A stretch of DNA of 64,000 nucleotides from Dimorphilus gyrociliatus (taxonomy: Eukaryota > Animalia > Annelida), in assembly GCA_904063045.1 (NCBI GenBank), contig CAJFCJ010000031.1:155105-219104 (forward strand), read 5' to 3'. Shown piece by piece: positions 35,121 to 45,676 of the stretch (the stretch's first letter is position 1; each line of letters begins with the position of its first letter). Position numbers and translations under genes: made by a program. Under the pieces are notes generated by a model, which did not search any database, was not told where the DNA came from, and saw only the letters and a list, made by a program, of their open reading frames with translations.

Positions 35121-35212
35121 CTAAAAAGAATTCAAAATTGATTTTAACATGTGATAATATAAAAGAAAATAAATTAAATTATTTGTAAATTATTTAAAAA
35201 TGACAATTTACC

Positions 35213-36218
35213 TTCAGCATTAATCATTCCATGAAGAGCGCCAACAAAAACCGTCTTACTTGGATCTAATCTTTGAGATGGTTGCTTAACATGATTTGAA
35301 TCAGACAAAACCCAGGGTATTATTTGAACTTCCTTGGATCTCATTCTCCTCGAAGAAATTCTTATATAATATTCTCCTTGTGAATAATCTTGTGCACTTG
35401 AAGTTAACAATGCGTGAACAGATTTTTCGTTTTCGAAGAGAATATATACATATCCAGCTTTAGCACTACGAGTTTGAATTCCGGTAGCACCGTCTTTGGT
35501 GGTTGGCCACTCAATCTTCATATTTCCGTAATTCTTAAAAGTTGCATATAAATTTTCTTCAGTTATATCCCATGGGACACCGCCTAGAAAGACTTTACAA
35601 CTGTAAATAGGATTCTTATGAGATTTAGGAGGTAAATGACCACTCCAAGTACAAGTTGGTTCCATAACATTTGCAGCACTTCGATACATTTTTGCTGCTT
35701 TTTCAATTGAATAGGAATCTGTTGTTGTTGGGGATGGGTTAATCAATTGATTAATCGATAAGGGAATCTTGTCGTCCTTCGGTGAAAATATTTTACCATT
35801 CTCGGTCTGAATACCGAGCATTTGTTTCATAACGTTCACATTAAAAGAAGGTGAATGAGGTGATGTTGGGGAAGGTGTAGCGGGACCCTGGAAAAGAGCA
35901 GATGGAAGATGAGCTGCATACGGATTAGGACCTGGTGATAGTGCAGCCAAGTGCGGATGAGCCTGGGCAAATGCCTGATGAGCTAATAATAGTTGTTGCT
36001 CAGAAGTCAATGGTGGTGGGCGTGTCAGTCCCATTGTACGTGGATCTTTCATCAAATTCAGTTGTGTCATGAACTTTCTCAGAGCAATAGATTCACTGCC
36101 TTCACTTGAGCTACTTATACCCGACTCGGATTCCGGAGAAAATCTTTTATCATTTGAATTTCTTCGATCGCCCGACTTCGGTGGATCTACGTTAACAGGT
36201 GGTGGCTTTGGTGGACCA
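35213..36218 (-). CDS. orb2: CPEB exon: linker plus RRM1 and most of RRM2
   Basis: (N)[59 protein letters not shown]...[40 protein letters not shown]...[17 protein letters not shown]...[30 protein letters not shown] is the CPEB RRM1 hallmark. Donor G|GTAAAT. Confidence 0.88.
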
Positions 36219-36279
36219 CTACGAATTTAAAGGAATAGTTTCAACTATTGTTTAGAATCTTATGCTTTAAAATATATAC

Positions 36280-36467
36280 TTTAAATCTGACACGGCTATC
36301 TCTTCAGGAATTGTATCAGATGAGGAACCGCGTCCGTAAATTGGTCTACCCTTTCTTGGGGTTGTCTCTGTCGAACAATCCTCAACTTCAGAGGAGCTTT
36401 TTGAAGTCGGCCTATCTTCCTCCTTAGTTACTTCTATTTCTTTTATGTTTTCTGAAAGATTTTCAAT
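36280..36467 (-). CDS. orb2: CPEB upstream exon
   Basis: IENLSENIKEIEVTKEEDRPTSKSSSEVEDCSTETTPRKGRPIYGRGSSSDTIPEEIAVSDL. Acceptor tttttcag, donor AA|GTATAT, phase-consistent with the next exon. Confidence 0.55.
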
Positions 36468-36503
36468 CTGAAAAAATTTTTGTTGAGAAAATAAATCACT
36501 TAC

Positions 36504-36590
36504 CTTCTTTTAAATTTTCTTTGTTTATAGAATCAACAACGAGTTTTAAACGTAGCTCTTCTTCCGTTAGAGATTCTTTTTTTGAGGCTG
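36504..36590 (-). CDS. Candidate further-upstream CPEB exon; phase does not fit a direct splice to 36467
   Basis: SKKESLTEEELRLKLVVDSINKENLKE with acceptor ctttttatttgcag and donor G|GTAAGT. The phase mismatch suggests an alternative or missed junction. Confidence 0.25.
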
Positions 36591-38258
36591 CAAATAAAAA
36601 GCAAAACGATAACAATGTACTCTTAAATCGATCGATCATAGACCGAATTTTTCGCCACGATTACCATTTTTCTGACCATTTGAACTTATTTCCAATGACT
36701 CTATCAGATTGCACAGTTTTTCCTCGTTGCTTTCTTCTTGTTCATTAGGGGTGCTGATGATAACAGCAGGGGGTGTTGGCGCTATTCTTTCTTCGACTTC
36801 CTATGTAAACAATCAACACTTGTTGACAAATCTAGTAAATCACAACTTTCCGTCCTTACCGTCATATTTATATTAAAGACAAAACTACGGTTATTCTAAT
36901 TGGATAAAATACCACGTGCTCTTCCTTCGAGAAAGTTAGAATGACTAAAGATTTGAGGTTGTTTAGAACTTTTATAATCTAATAAAAAGACGAGTAGTTT
37001 TCAAGTCCAGGTCTTAACACTACTCAGTTTGAGTAGTTGTAACGCACGCTGAAAAAAACGACATTTGAGATATAATAATTAATGATAAAATTCGCCCCCT
37101 AAAAAGGTTCTAAAATATTTTCACGTGATTACTTTAGAACAAATATACACGTGGTCATTATTTAAAGCATTTTTCAAAGTCAAATATCATTTCTAAACAG
37201 AATTCTTAAGGAAAATCCTGGAGATACTTTAGTTTAATGAGCTGACCGAAAGTATGCACATTCTAACATTTAAATTGCCTCGAAAATTTTGCTCACAAAA
37301 ATAATGCTAAATATTCTATTAATTATAAATTATTAAACATACAAATTACATAAAATAAATTTTTATTTACAGAGAATTGCAGAGATTTTTTCGATGTGAC
37401 ACTAGCTAAAATGTTCCAAAACACTTACAAAAAAATTATACACGTGTCTTTTTTTTTTAACATGAAAAAATTTCAGTATTTAAAATATAATTGCAAAAAA
37501 GGATAAGCTGGTTTTAGAAATACATATAATTCTGAAGACTTTTCAATATAAATGCAAGTTTCATTCTCCGAATTTATTAATTCTTTTAATGTTCTTCTTA
37601 AATATCTCAGAAATTTCTTGTTAATTCCTCAATATTAAATTCAAATTTGCTTACTAATTACTTAAATTAGTAATAGATAAGTTAAAACTTTTAAAAAATG
37701 AGTAAGAAATAAGAAAAACTAACGTAAAATACCTGAACAAGAGAAGAGAACCGGCTTCACCAAGAAAATTCGCAGAAGTGCCGGAGCTCAAAATTGCGTG
37801 GGACATTGAAAGTACTCAAGAATGATTGTGGAATATCACGTGACAGATTTTTACGAAATTGTTACAAAAATGCCTCAAAAGTAACATTTTAAACGAAAAA
37901 GAAACAAATATTAATTGTAAAGAGTAATAACATAGTATCATTTTAAGTTTTTATAGGGAAATGTTTTAGAAAACAACATTCTTTTTTTGGAATTTATAAA
38001 AAGAACTTTAATTCTTATACTTTCCAGCAAAGTTAGCTAAATAAATTAAAATTTGTAAACTTTTCTTACAAATAAGATTATAAAAAGCTATTACAAGTTA
38101 CTTTATTGACTTGTTGATAATTAACACACATTAATTAAGCAAATAATCAAACTTACTTGATAAGTTGAGTCCCGCGTCTGGCACTTGGAGTTCACCGGAT
38201 ATGAGTGAATGAAAACTGGTAGATAGGTTGCAGACGAATTTTGGCAAAAAAGTTAAAC

Positions 38259-38366
38259 ATGCTTTCCGCTGAATTGAAGAAAGAAAAGGCTATTAATCCC
38301 TTAGATAAATTAACAATTGGTCTAAATATTTCTCCAATCGATATAAACCAACCTGAAGAAGTGGAG
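38259..38366 (+). CDS. DDX52: DDX52/ROK1-like DEAD-box helicase exon 1; ATG at 38259
   Basis: MLSAELKKEKAINPLDKLTIGLNISPIDINQPEEVE, donor GAG|GTAATA. Confidence 0.55.
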
Positions 38367-38576
38367 GTAATATAAAAAATTTAAATTTGTATGCCAAACT
38401 AGTATTATTGATCTTCAGATTCAATTCCAATCGAATCAAGCAAACACAATCACAAAAAAAGAAAAAACTTATGGCAAACTTTTAGCAAAGCAGAGAAAAC
38501 GATGGACAGCATTCGATGAAGGTTAATGACGTTAAAAATTTGTATTAACTAAAAGTTAAAATTATTTATTAAATAG

Positions 38577-38767
38577 ATTTACCATATGAACTCCTAAAAA
38601 ATGATGGGTCAGAAAGTACTAGCGAAAGCGAAGATGAAGAAGATAGCATAACAATTTTAAAGAATATGAAATCCGCTATTCAAAATGGAAATAAAGAAAA
38701 AAAGAAGACAAATTCAAGTAAAACAAAAATGTCTTTTTCAAAATTACTAGCTCAAAGACAAGATAAT
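38577..38767 (+). CDS. DDX52: DDX52-like acidic/Ser-rich N-terminal exon; approximate
   Basis: LPYELLKNDGSESTSESEDEEDSITILKNMKSAIQNGNKEKKKTNSSKTKMSFSKLLAQRQDN. Acceptor aaatag, donor AAT|GTAATC. Confidence 0.4.
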
Positions 38768-38821
38768 GTAATCTTTCTTTTTTTCGTTATTGCCGTTTTA
38801 AATTACCGTTATCCTCACTAG

Positions 38822-39007
38822 ATTAATTTATTCCGCAAAAATCACGGAATTACTATTGGTGGAGAAGTTGTTCCAGAACCAATTCAAAATTGGAATGATC
38901 TACAAAAGCAATATAAAATAAATTATAATTTATTAGAAAATATTTTGAAGAGTGGTTATGAATTGCCTACTCCTGTTCAAATGCAAGCAATTCCGGCCAT
39001 GATTGAA
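38822..39007 (+). CDS. DDX52: DDX52-like exon with the Q-motif region
   Basis: INLFRKNHGITIGGEVVPEPIQNWNDLQKQYKINYNLLENILKSGYELPTPVQMQAIPAMIE aligns with DDX52 [60 protein letters not shown]. Confidence 0.8.
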
Positions 39008-39064
39008 GTGATTGAATATTTTTTAATCTTTATTATGACTTTATTAAATGATTTTTTTTTGTAG

Positions 39065-39253
39065 AGACATGAAGTTCTAGCTTGTGCTCCCACTGGATCT
39101 GGAAAAACTATGGCCTTCATTATACCGTTAATTCACTATATACTAACAACGTCACCCAAATGGAAAAATAAACAAAGTTCCAAAACAGAAAAAATAAAAG
39201 GCTGTTTAGTTAGATGCTTGGTACTAGCTCCAACTAAAGAATTGGCTCAACAA
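39065..39253 (+). CDS. DDX52: DDX52-like exon: motif I (Walker A) and motif Ia
   Basis: RHEVLACAPTGSGKTMAFIIPLIHYIL...CLVLAPTKELAQQ. Donor CAA|GTAATG. Confidence 0.85.
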
Positions 39254-39314
39254 GTAATGTAACAGTCATTTACTCTAATATCAATATTTATTTATGTAAC
39301 TTTTGTTAAAATAG

Positions 39315-40153
39315 ACATATAAGGAAGCACTTAAGTTAACAGTGAACTTGGAAATTGAGTGTACATCACTAGATGATTACGGAGAATCTTCGAAGACTCG
39401 CGCTGATTTATTGGTAGCAACTCCTAATAAACTATTAGAATTATTGAAGTCTTCAAAACATAAAATCAACCTATCGCACGTCGAATGGATTATTTTGGAT
39501 GAAAGCGACAGATTGATGGAGGAAGGTATAAATGCCGAGAGGGTAGGCTTTAGACAGCAAATAAAATCTGTATTGGATTACTGCGGACAAGCTGATAATA
39601 AGAATAGCCATTTGAGACGAGCTATGTTCAGCGCTACGCTAACAGAATTAGTTTATCAGTGGGCTATGCAGGAATTTAAAGATGTTGTAAATGTAAGGGT
39701 AGGAGCTAAAAATACTGCCGTGACTAGTGTAAAACAAACTCTTAAATATTGTGGTAATGAAGATGGTAAAGTTTTGGCTATTAGAGACTTATTGTCAAAT
39801 ATTGTTGATAAGCCGACTTTGATATTTGTTCAGTCTCAGAAAAGATCTAAGGAGCTATGGCAGCGTTTAATGATACATAAGGGTGTTCCTGTTGGGGTAA
39901 TGCATGGCGGTATGACGCAGAAATCAAGGGCTTTAGCTTTGGATTTGCTTAAAGAAAGAAAACTAGCTGCACTAATTTGCACTGACTTGATGGCGAGGGG
40001 AATTGATGTTGATTGCATTAAATTAATCATCAACTACGATTTTCCTCAATCTGCTTTATCTTATATTCATCGAATCGGTAGGACCGGTCGAGCGGGACGA
40101 ACCGGAGAAGCTATTACATTTTTTACCGACTCTGACCGTACCCTATTACGAAC
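39315..40153 (+). CDS. DDX52: DDX52-like exon: motifs II (DESD variant), III (SAT), V (ARGID) and VI (HRIGRTGRAGRTG)
   Basis: ...LVATPNKLLELL...VEWIILDESDRLMEEG...AMFSATL...LIFVQSQKRSKELWQRL...GVMHGGMTQKSRALALDLLKERKLAALICTDLMARGIDVDCIKLIINYDFPQSALSYIHRIGRTGRAGRTGEAITFFTDSD. Confidence 0.88.
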
Positions 40154-40208
40154 GTAAATTTTTTAAATTTTATCTCCCATTTTATAATTAACCTTGTTCA
40201 TATTACAG

Positions 40209-40370
40209 AATAGCAACAGTAATGAAGGAGTCTGGATGTGAAGTTTCGCAATATTTACTAGAGTTGAAGAAAGCTTCTAGACAGGACAAAAGGAAAATAT
40301 CTAAATCCGCTCCGCGACGAGAGAAGATTCAAGAACCACAAGCAAGTATACAAGTTCAACAAAAGAAAAA
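40209..40370 (+). CDS. DDX52: DDX52-like C-terminal exon
   Basis: (T)IATVMKESGCEVSQYLLELKKASRQDKRKISKSAPRREKIQEPQASIQVQQKK. Donor AA|GTTTGT. Confidence 0.65.
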
Positions 40371-40441
40371 GTTTGTATTATATTTTTACCTGATTATTCA
40401 TTATCATTATGACTGAAATATTATGTCTATTATGATTTTAG

Positions 40442-40517
40442 AATAAAACCAAAAAAACGAAAAGCTACAGAAACTGAAAAACAAAAAGGAAAAACTAAGA
40501 AGCAAAGAAAACGCTAA
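40442..40517 (+). CDS. DDX52: DDX52-like terminal basic-tail exon; stop at 40515-40517
   Basis: KIKPKKRKATETEKQKGKTKKQRKR*. Acceptor tatgattttag, phase-consistent. Confidence 0.6.
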
Positions 40518-40581
40518 ACAAACTAAAAATTTTCTATTTATAATTCTTCATTTTCTAACTTTGTTAAATATATTTACTTGT

Positions 40582-41172
40582 TTTTTAAATCGTAGAAGTA
40601 ATTAAAGTAGTAACTACTGGCATAGTTTGACTAGTGTTGTAACTAACTGTACTATTTATTGGAGTGGGCCATTGTGGTTGATTGATTGTGATTCGAACAA
40701 AAATTCCAGCAGCTAAGAAAAATATTAATATAAGTGCAGTAATTGTCCTATAGAAGACAATCTCCATCCAACGTACACCGTTGGTAATTTCTGAATCAGT
40801 TCTACCTCTTATCGAAACAGATGAGAGAACTCCTCTGCCTGATGGTGCTGGAAGAGAAGTTCTTCTTTGCTTCTCCAATAGCGGTTGACTCTCTTCGTCA
40901 ATATCCTCAAGAGGCTTTGTAATACCAGCTCGAATCAATGCAAGTTCAACTTGTTTCTCCCAATTAGTACATTGAATAATGCCAAAAAGGATTGTTGATT
41001 GTACAATTAAGTTAGCGGCAAGAGACCACCAATATCCAGCTCCCCTTAATTTCGTTAAAAACATAAGAGGTATACCCAGAGGTAAACTAAAAAGATAGTA
41101 GTTACAAAACAGCATAATAGCTCCGATAATCTGACGCCCAGTACCGTATAAAACTCCTTTACAAACCGTCTT
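40582..41172 (-). CDS. MATE (SLC47-type multidrug/toxin extrusion) transporter terminal exon; stop at 40582-40584
   Basis: NFKTVCKGVLYGTGRQIIGAIMLFCNYYLFSLPLGIPLMFLTKLRGAGYWWSLAANLIVQSTILFGIIQCTNWEKQVELALIRAGI... Membrane-spanning MATE C-terminal half plus a cytoplasmic tail. Confidence 0.8.
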
Positions 41173-41230
41173 AAAATTAGAAAGAAAGGCAGGTAAGGCG
41201 ATAGATTACATTACTAAAAATTCTATAACT

Positions 41231-41298
41231 CACCGCCATTCCATCAAAAAACATGTATAACGCAACAATCGGTAAAAGTTGACCAACCATCTTAGCAA
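41231..41298 (-). CDS. MATE exon
   Basis: REVAKMVGQLLPIVALYMFFDGMA. Donor GTGAGT, acceptor attcaaaacag. Confidence 0.5.
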
Positions 41299-41355
41299 CC
41301 TCTCTGTTTTGAATGTACTCTTTTCAATATTATATTTAAAGAATTTAATGATCAA

Positions 41356-41437
41356 ACTTACTCCACATTTGTAAAAATGTACGGCAATTTAAAACGGGCA
41401 GCCACGAAGACTATGGCCATTAAAATTGAGGCAAAAA
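41356..41437 (-). CDS. MATE exon
   Basis: TVFASILMAIVFVAARFKLPYIFTNV. Donor GA|GTAAGT. Confidence 0.5.
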
Positions 41438-41526
41438 CTGTTTAAATAGAGATATTTTATTTTTGTTTGAAATTTAATCAATTTTATCATTATATTTAAA
41501 GATAATACAAAAAATTGTCTACAAAC

Positions 41527-41915
41527 CGACTATAGTCATTGCAACTCTGCCAGTAGTTTTTGCATTTAGGGCTTTACCTGCTCCAAGATATTGACCAACT
41601 CGTATGGAACATGCGATTTGTAAGCCCAAAGGTAATTGAAACCATAATGAGTCAATATTTAGTACAACCGATTGAGCGCCCAGATCAGCTTTTCCCAATA
41701 AACCCGTTAAAAATATTCCTATTTCGAAAGCCCACCATTCCAAGCACATCATTAACATTCCAGGAATCATCAATTTTGCAAATTCTCCCCAATGAAACCA
41801 TGCTTCGATTGTGAAACCATCCCATGTAGGTTTATAGATACCGGAGAGTAGAATGAAGGAGAATGTGAGCACGAAGAAGAGGAAATAAGAAACGGATTGC
41901 GATATTGCAGATCCG
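41527..41915 (-). CDS. MATE exon
   Basis: GSAISQSVSYFLFFVLTFSFILLSGIYKPTWDGFTIEAWFHWGEFAKLMIPGMLMMCLEWWAFEIGIFLTGLLGKADLGAQSVVLNIDSLWFQLPLGLQIACSIRVGQYLGAGKALNAKTTGRVAMTIV. Donor G|GTTTGT. Confidence 0.75.
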
Positions 41916-41975
41916 CTATAAAACAGCAATAATTTACTTCTAAAGATAATTTATATATATAAATAAGATATTTAC

Positions 41976-42117
41976 TCGGTTCCCCAATCAAGTTTATATA
42001 AAAATACATAGTGCATTATAGCATTTGCCGCATTCACAAACAAACCAATAATAACGTTTGGTAGAATAATATTCTGACTTGTTAAATATTTAGCTAATAC
42101 CAAATACCAAAAGAAGC
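41976..42117 (-). CDS. MATE exon; approximate
   Basis: CFFWYLVLAKYLTSQNIILPNVIIGLFVNAANAIMHYVFLYKLDWGT. Acceptor ttctcatgtag, donor GA|GTAAAT. Confidence 0.5.
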
Positions 42118-42205
42118 ACTACATGAGAAAAACAAAAAAAACAAAGAAGAGAATGTTTATCTGATCTCATATCAAATCTTAAGTTGTTGTTATGTATGCA
42201 CTAAT

Positions 42206-42485
42206 TTCTATTTATACTACTTACTATTGCGCCTGGTATAAAATAAAGTAAATATCTTCCAGCTAGAATGGCAACATCCGGTTCTTGACCAAGTAAATAG
42301 AGTATACTCGTTAAGTTAATGTGAACGGCAATAATAGGAAATAAGCATAACGTAAAGAGCATAAATGCTCTTTGCAAATAGATCCCCAAACGTTTTTTAT
42401 TCTCACTGCCAAAAGTTTGAGAGAAGAATGTGTCACATGCCGTTCCTAAACCAGTGCCAACAGACACGACAGTAACGTTTATCAT
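42206..42485 (-). CDS. MATE exon with the conserved Q-T-[FY]-G-S motif
   Basis: MINVTVVSVGTGLGTACDTFFSQTFGSENKKRLGIYLQRAFMLFTLCLFPIIAVHINLTSILYLLGQEPDVAILAGRYLLYFIPGA. Donor ATA|GTAAGT. Confidence 0.8.
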
Positions 42486-42602
42486 CTACAATTGGGAATA
42501 TTAATAATAAAAACAGAAGGAAAGAGAAAGGAGATAAATACATTTAAAAGTTGTATAATTCATAGATTGTACTTAAAATCATAGTATTAAAAATATTATT
42601 AC

Positions 42603-42776
42603 ACTTATTCCTAAAGCTGCTCCATCGAGCTTTGTAGGATCTTTTAAGTGACCACAAAATATAAGTGATATTGGTCCTAAAATCATCTGACTTATCTGAA
42701 TAAGAATTATTGGTATAGCGAGTTTGAGTGTATGTTTCATTTCTTCTTTAAAACCGGTCGGAAAAGCTTTACCCAT
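42603..42776 (-). CDS. MATE first coding exon; ATG at 42774-42776
   Basis: MGKAFPTGFKEEMKHTLKLAIPIILIQISQMILGPISLIFCGHLKDPTKLDGAALGIS. An in-frame stop lies just upstream. Confidence 0.65.
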
Positions 42777-43195
42777 ACATCCTTTCTTAACAACTTCTTC
42801 ACTTTCTTTATGAAGAATTAGTACTCAATTTTAATTACTCTTTTCAACAATTCAATAAAAATTTACAAACCGTCACTTATAGAGAGATATTGGTTCTTAA
42901 ACGTCATTTTAATTGTTCACTTCTACCAACTGACTACTATTAGTACGTATTATCTCTAATCACTATCGATAAATCAGCTGATAAAAAATTATTTAAATAT
43001 AGTCAAAGGTCGTTTCAATATTCCTCCTACATTTATTAATCTCACACAAAAGTGAAAAAAATGACACTTAAAAAAAAAATCAATAATTATTCAGTACGAA
43101 AACTTAGTACTGAGTACAATTAAATTTGTTAAAAGCATGATATGAATAAAAACAAAAAAAAACCAAAAAAAAAACAAACAAAGAGAGAAATATTT

Positions 43196-43390
<195 letters not shown>

Positions 43391-43482
43391 CTAAATGGGG
43401 AATAAAATGTCGATAAGCGAAAAAAATTTCGATTAAAAATATAAAATAAGCAGCATAGCCATTCGACTGAATATAAACGAAC

Positions 43483-43902
43483 CTGTAAAAATCTAATCAA
43501 ATAGGATAGCACAAGACGATTGATTTCGGGTAACTCATTAACAATGTTTATAGCTGCCTTTGGATCGGCAAAAGCATCTAAGCAGCGATTATACACATAA
43601 TCGGGAATTAACGGTTCGTATAGTTCCCTTATCCATAATTTAAGCAAGCTGGTAAGTAGATGGGGATCAGTAGCCTCTACTGGTTCCTGCCACTTGTCAA
43701 CGAGTACTTTTAAGGCGTTTAATTCATCAATATTTCCACCTATCCGAAATATTCCCTCTGTCTTTGCTCCTCCTAATTGGAGTATATACTCGGCAAGAGT
43801 AGTCAAAACCCATGGTAGCTGACGGCGAGGAAAGCGATCCTTTTGCTTATACATGATATCTTCCAAAACGGATCCAAACATTGATATAGAATATAAGGAT
43901 TT
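43483..43902 (-). CDS. ARHGAP39: ARHGAP39-type exon: RhoGAP domain
   Basis: KSLYSISMFGSVLEDIMYKQKDRFPRRQLPWVLTTLAEYILQLGGAKTEGIFRIGGNIDELNALKVLVDKWQEPVEATDPHLLTSLLKLWIRELYEPLIP...LPEINRLVLSYLIRFLQ; 140 codons, phase 0 at both ends. Confidence 0.9.
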
Positions 43903-43971
43903 CTGAAAAATTTAAAGAAATGCAATTAACTTTTCAATCTCCTAAAACCTTTATAAAAAATTCATTCTTAC

Positions 43972-45676
43972 CCTAGAATGCTCTATTTGATCGATAGTTG
44001 GTTTAATTGTGCCTTTCTGAGCGCCGAAATTGTGAATTTTCTCCAGCCTCCTCTGACACGCCGAAGCTAACTGAGCTACTGGAACAGTAGCGGGCATAGT
44101 TCCTTGCTCCAGAGGATCTAGGTGCCTTGCTACATAACATTCCAAAGACATATAAAATTTGTTAGAGGGCGGAAAAAAATTAAGGCAAATGGCGAGTAAT
44201 TCCCAGCCTTTTCTTAAACTTTCTTCTTTACTATTATCAGTAGTTTGTCTGCATAATTGCATATAAATTTCGTCTCTTAAAGATAGCCTTTCCCAACCAG
44301 AGGTGCATACAATCAGCGCCAAGTCCAGCGAATCATTGTCTGAACCTCTAAACTTTCTATCTCCCATATATTGTTGAATCATCTTGAAAAGTTCGGGAGC
44401 CTCTACTTTTACTTGCTTATCCTGTGTCCGAATCATAGGCTTCGTAATTGGATCCTTTGTCCACGACAGCATATTCGATACGGGGACCTTTTTACCTAAA
44501 AGTCCCTTCTTGTGTTTGTTCAAGTTTTCAGCCGCATATTTTTCTATATCATTTGGTCTAGCCGGTTGATCATTAGAAAGTAATCCATCTACGTCGCTTG
44601 GCGACGTTACAAGCATTGACAATGGTCTATGATTTTGAGCCTGCGCCATATCACTTTGTAGCGATACACTCTTTTCGAGAGTAGGTGTCGGCAGTGTAAT
44701 TCTTTGATGAGCTTGAGTAGTTACGACTGATGAAATACCAGAGTTAGGTTTACGGCGAAGCGATTGATGAACAGCAGGTAGAGAATTAGGATTAGGAGGA
44801 GTCATCATTTCGTCTTGTTCGGTTGTTGATGACGAGGAAGACGAAGAGGATGTTGATGTATCAGACAACTGTTGGGCTCGTTCAATGTCAGACGAGGCTG
44901 ATTTACGTCTGACATTAGCATATTCAGCCTGAAGAGGAACAGTTTGAATTGAAGAATTTTCCTCCACATGTGTTGTATCTGATGAATCAGAATGACGAGG
45001 GGGAGAGGGCATAGAGATTTGATGTTGTAAACGAGGAACTGTACGAGGATTAGTTCTCGGGAACGCGCGAGGAGTGCGCCTCCCGACTGGATCTTCGAGA
45101 ATATTAGTATTCTCATATAAAGTTTGCTGATCCGTAACTCGACCGCATCTTTGGGAACCGTATGATCTTAAATGTGGACTGTCGTGGGAGGACTTCCTGC
45201 TTCGGCTTCTAGAGTCCAAATCATCTAAACTACTCCTTGAAGTAGGACTAGACGTTGTACTCGACGTAGAACTTCTATGAGTCTGTCGTCTCCTGTAGTG
45301 AGGGGAAGTCTGAGTAGTGTTGTGCAGAATTCTTAGAGAAGTCGATTGGGGTAACAAAGCAGTATTGGTTTGTGTTGAGATTTCTTTCGATCGGTTAACT
45401 CCATTTCCTTGAATATCACTATTATTTTTCAGGGTTTGCAATTTAGCTAATGGTATTATATCGCAGTTTGTAGGCTTGTGCCAAACGGTTTTTTGACTGG
45501 TTGCGTTATAATAATAGAATCGGGAAGTTTTCTTATCGAATAGTTCCCACCATTGATTATCGTCTGTTTTCTTTATATCCGCTCCAGGTGGAGGTTCCCA
45601 TACGCATTCTCCCGTTATGAGATTGGCGTACATACGTTCCTGCGTTCGAGGTTCGATGATTTCGACCCATTGCAGG
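43972..45676 (-). CDS. ARHGAP39: ARHGAP39-type large exon: WW domain, low-complexity Ser/Thr-rich middle, MyTH4 domain
   Basis: [68 protein letters not shown] matches [26 protein letters not shown]...FYYYNASTQRTVWHRP. MLSWTKDPITKPMIRTQDKQVKVEAPELFKMIQQYMGDR...GWERLSLRDEIYMQLCRQTTDN...GWELLAICLNFFPP (MyTH4). The N-terminal ~30 aa upstream of LQWVEI are not located. Confidence 0.88.

Noticed and set aside
39836-40033. 65-aa minus-strand ORF inside the DEAD-box helicase exon
   Set aside because: Antisense shadow ORF within the conserved helicase motifs V-VI.
41560-41814. 84-aa plus-strand ORF inside a MATE exon
   Set aside because: Antisense to a transmembrane-coding exon.
44384-45116. Small ORFs on both strands inside the ARHGAP39 large exon
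   Set aside because: They sit nested in or antisense to the Ser/Thr-rich low-complexity part of a supported exon.
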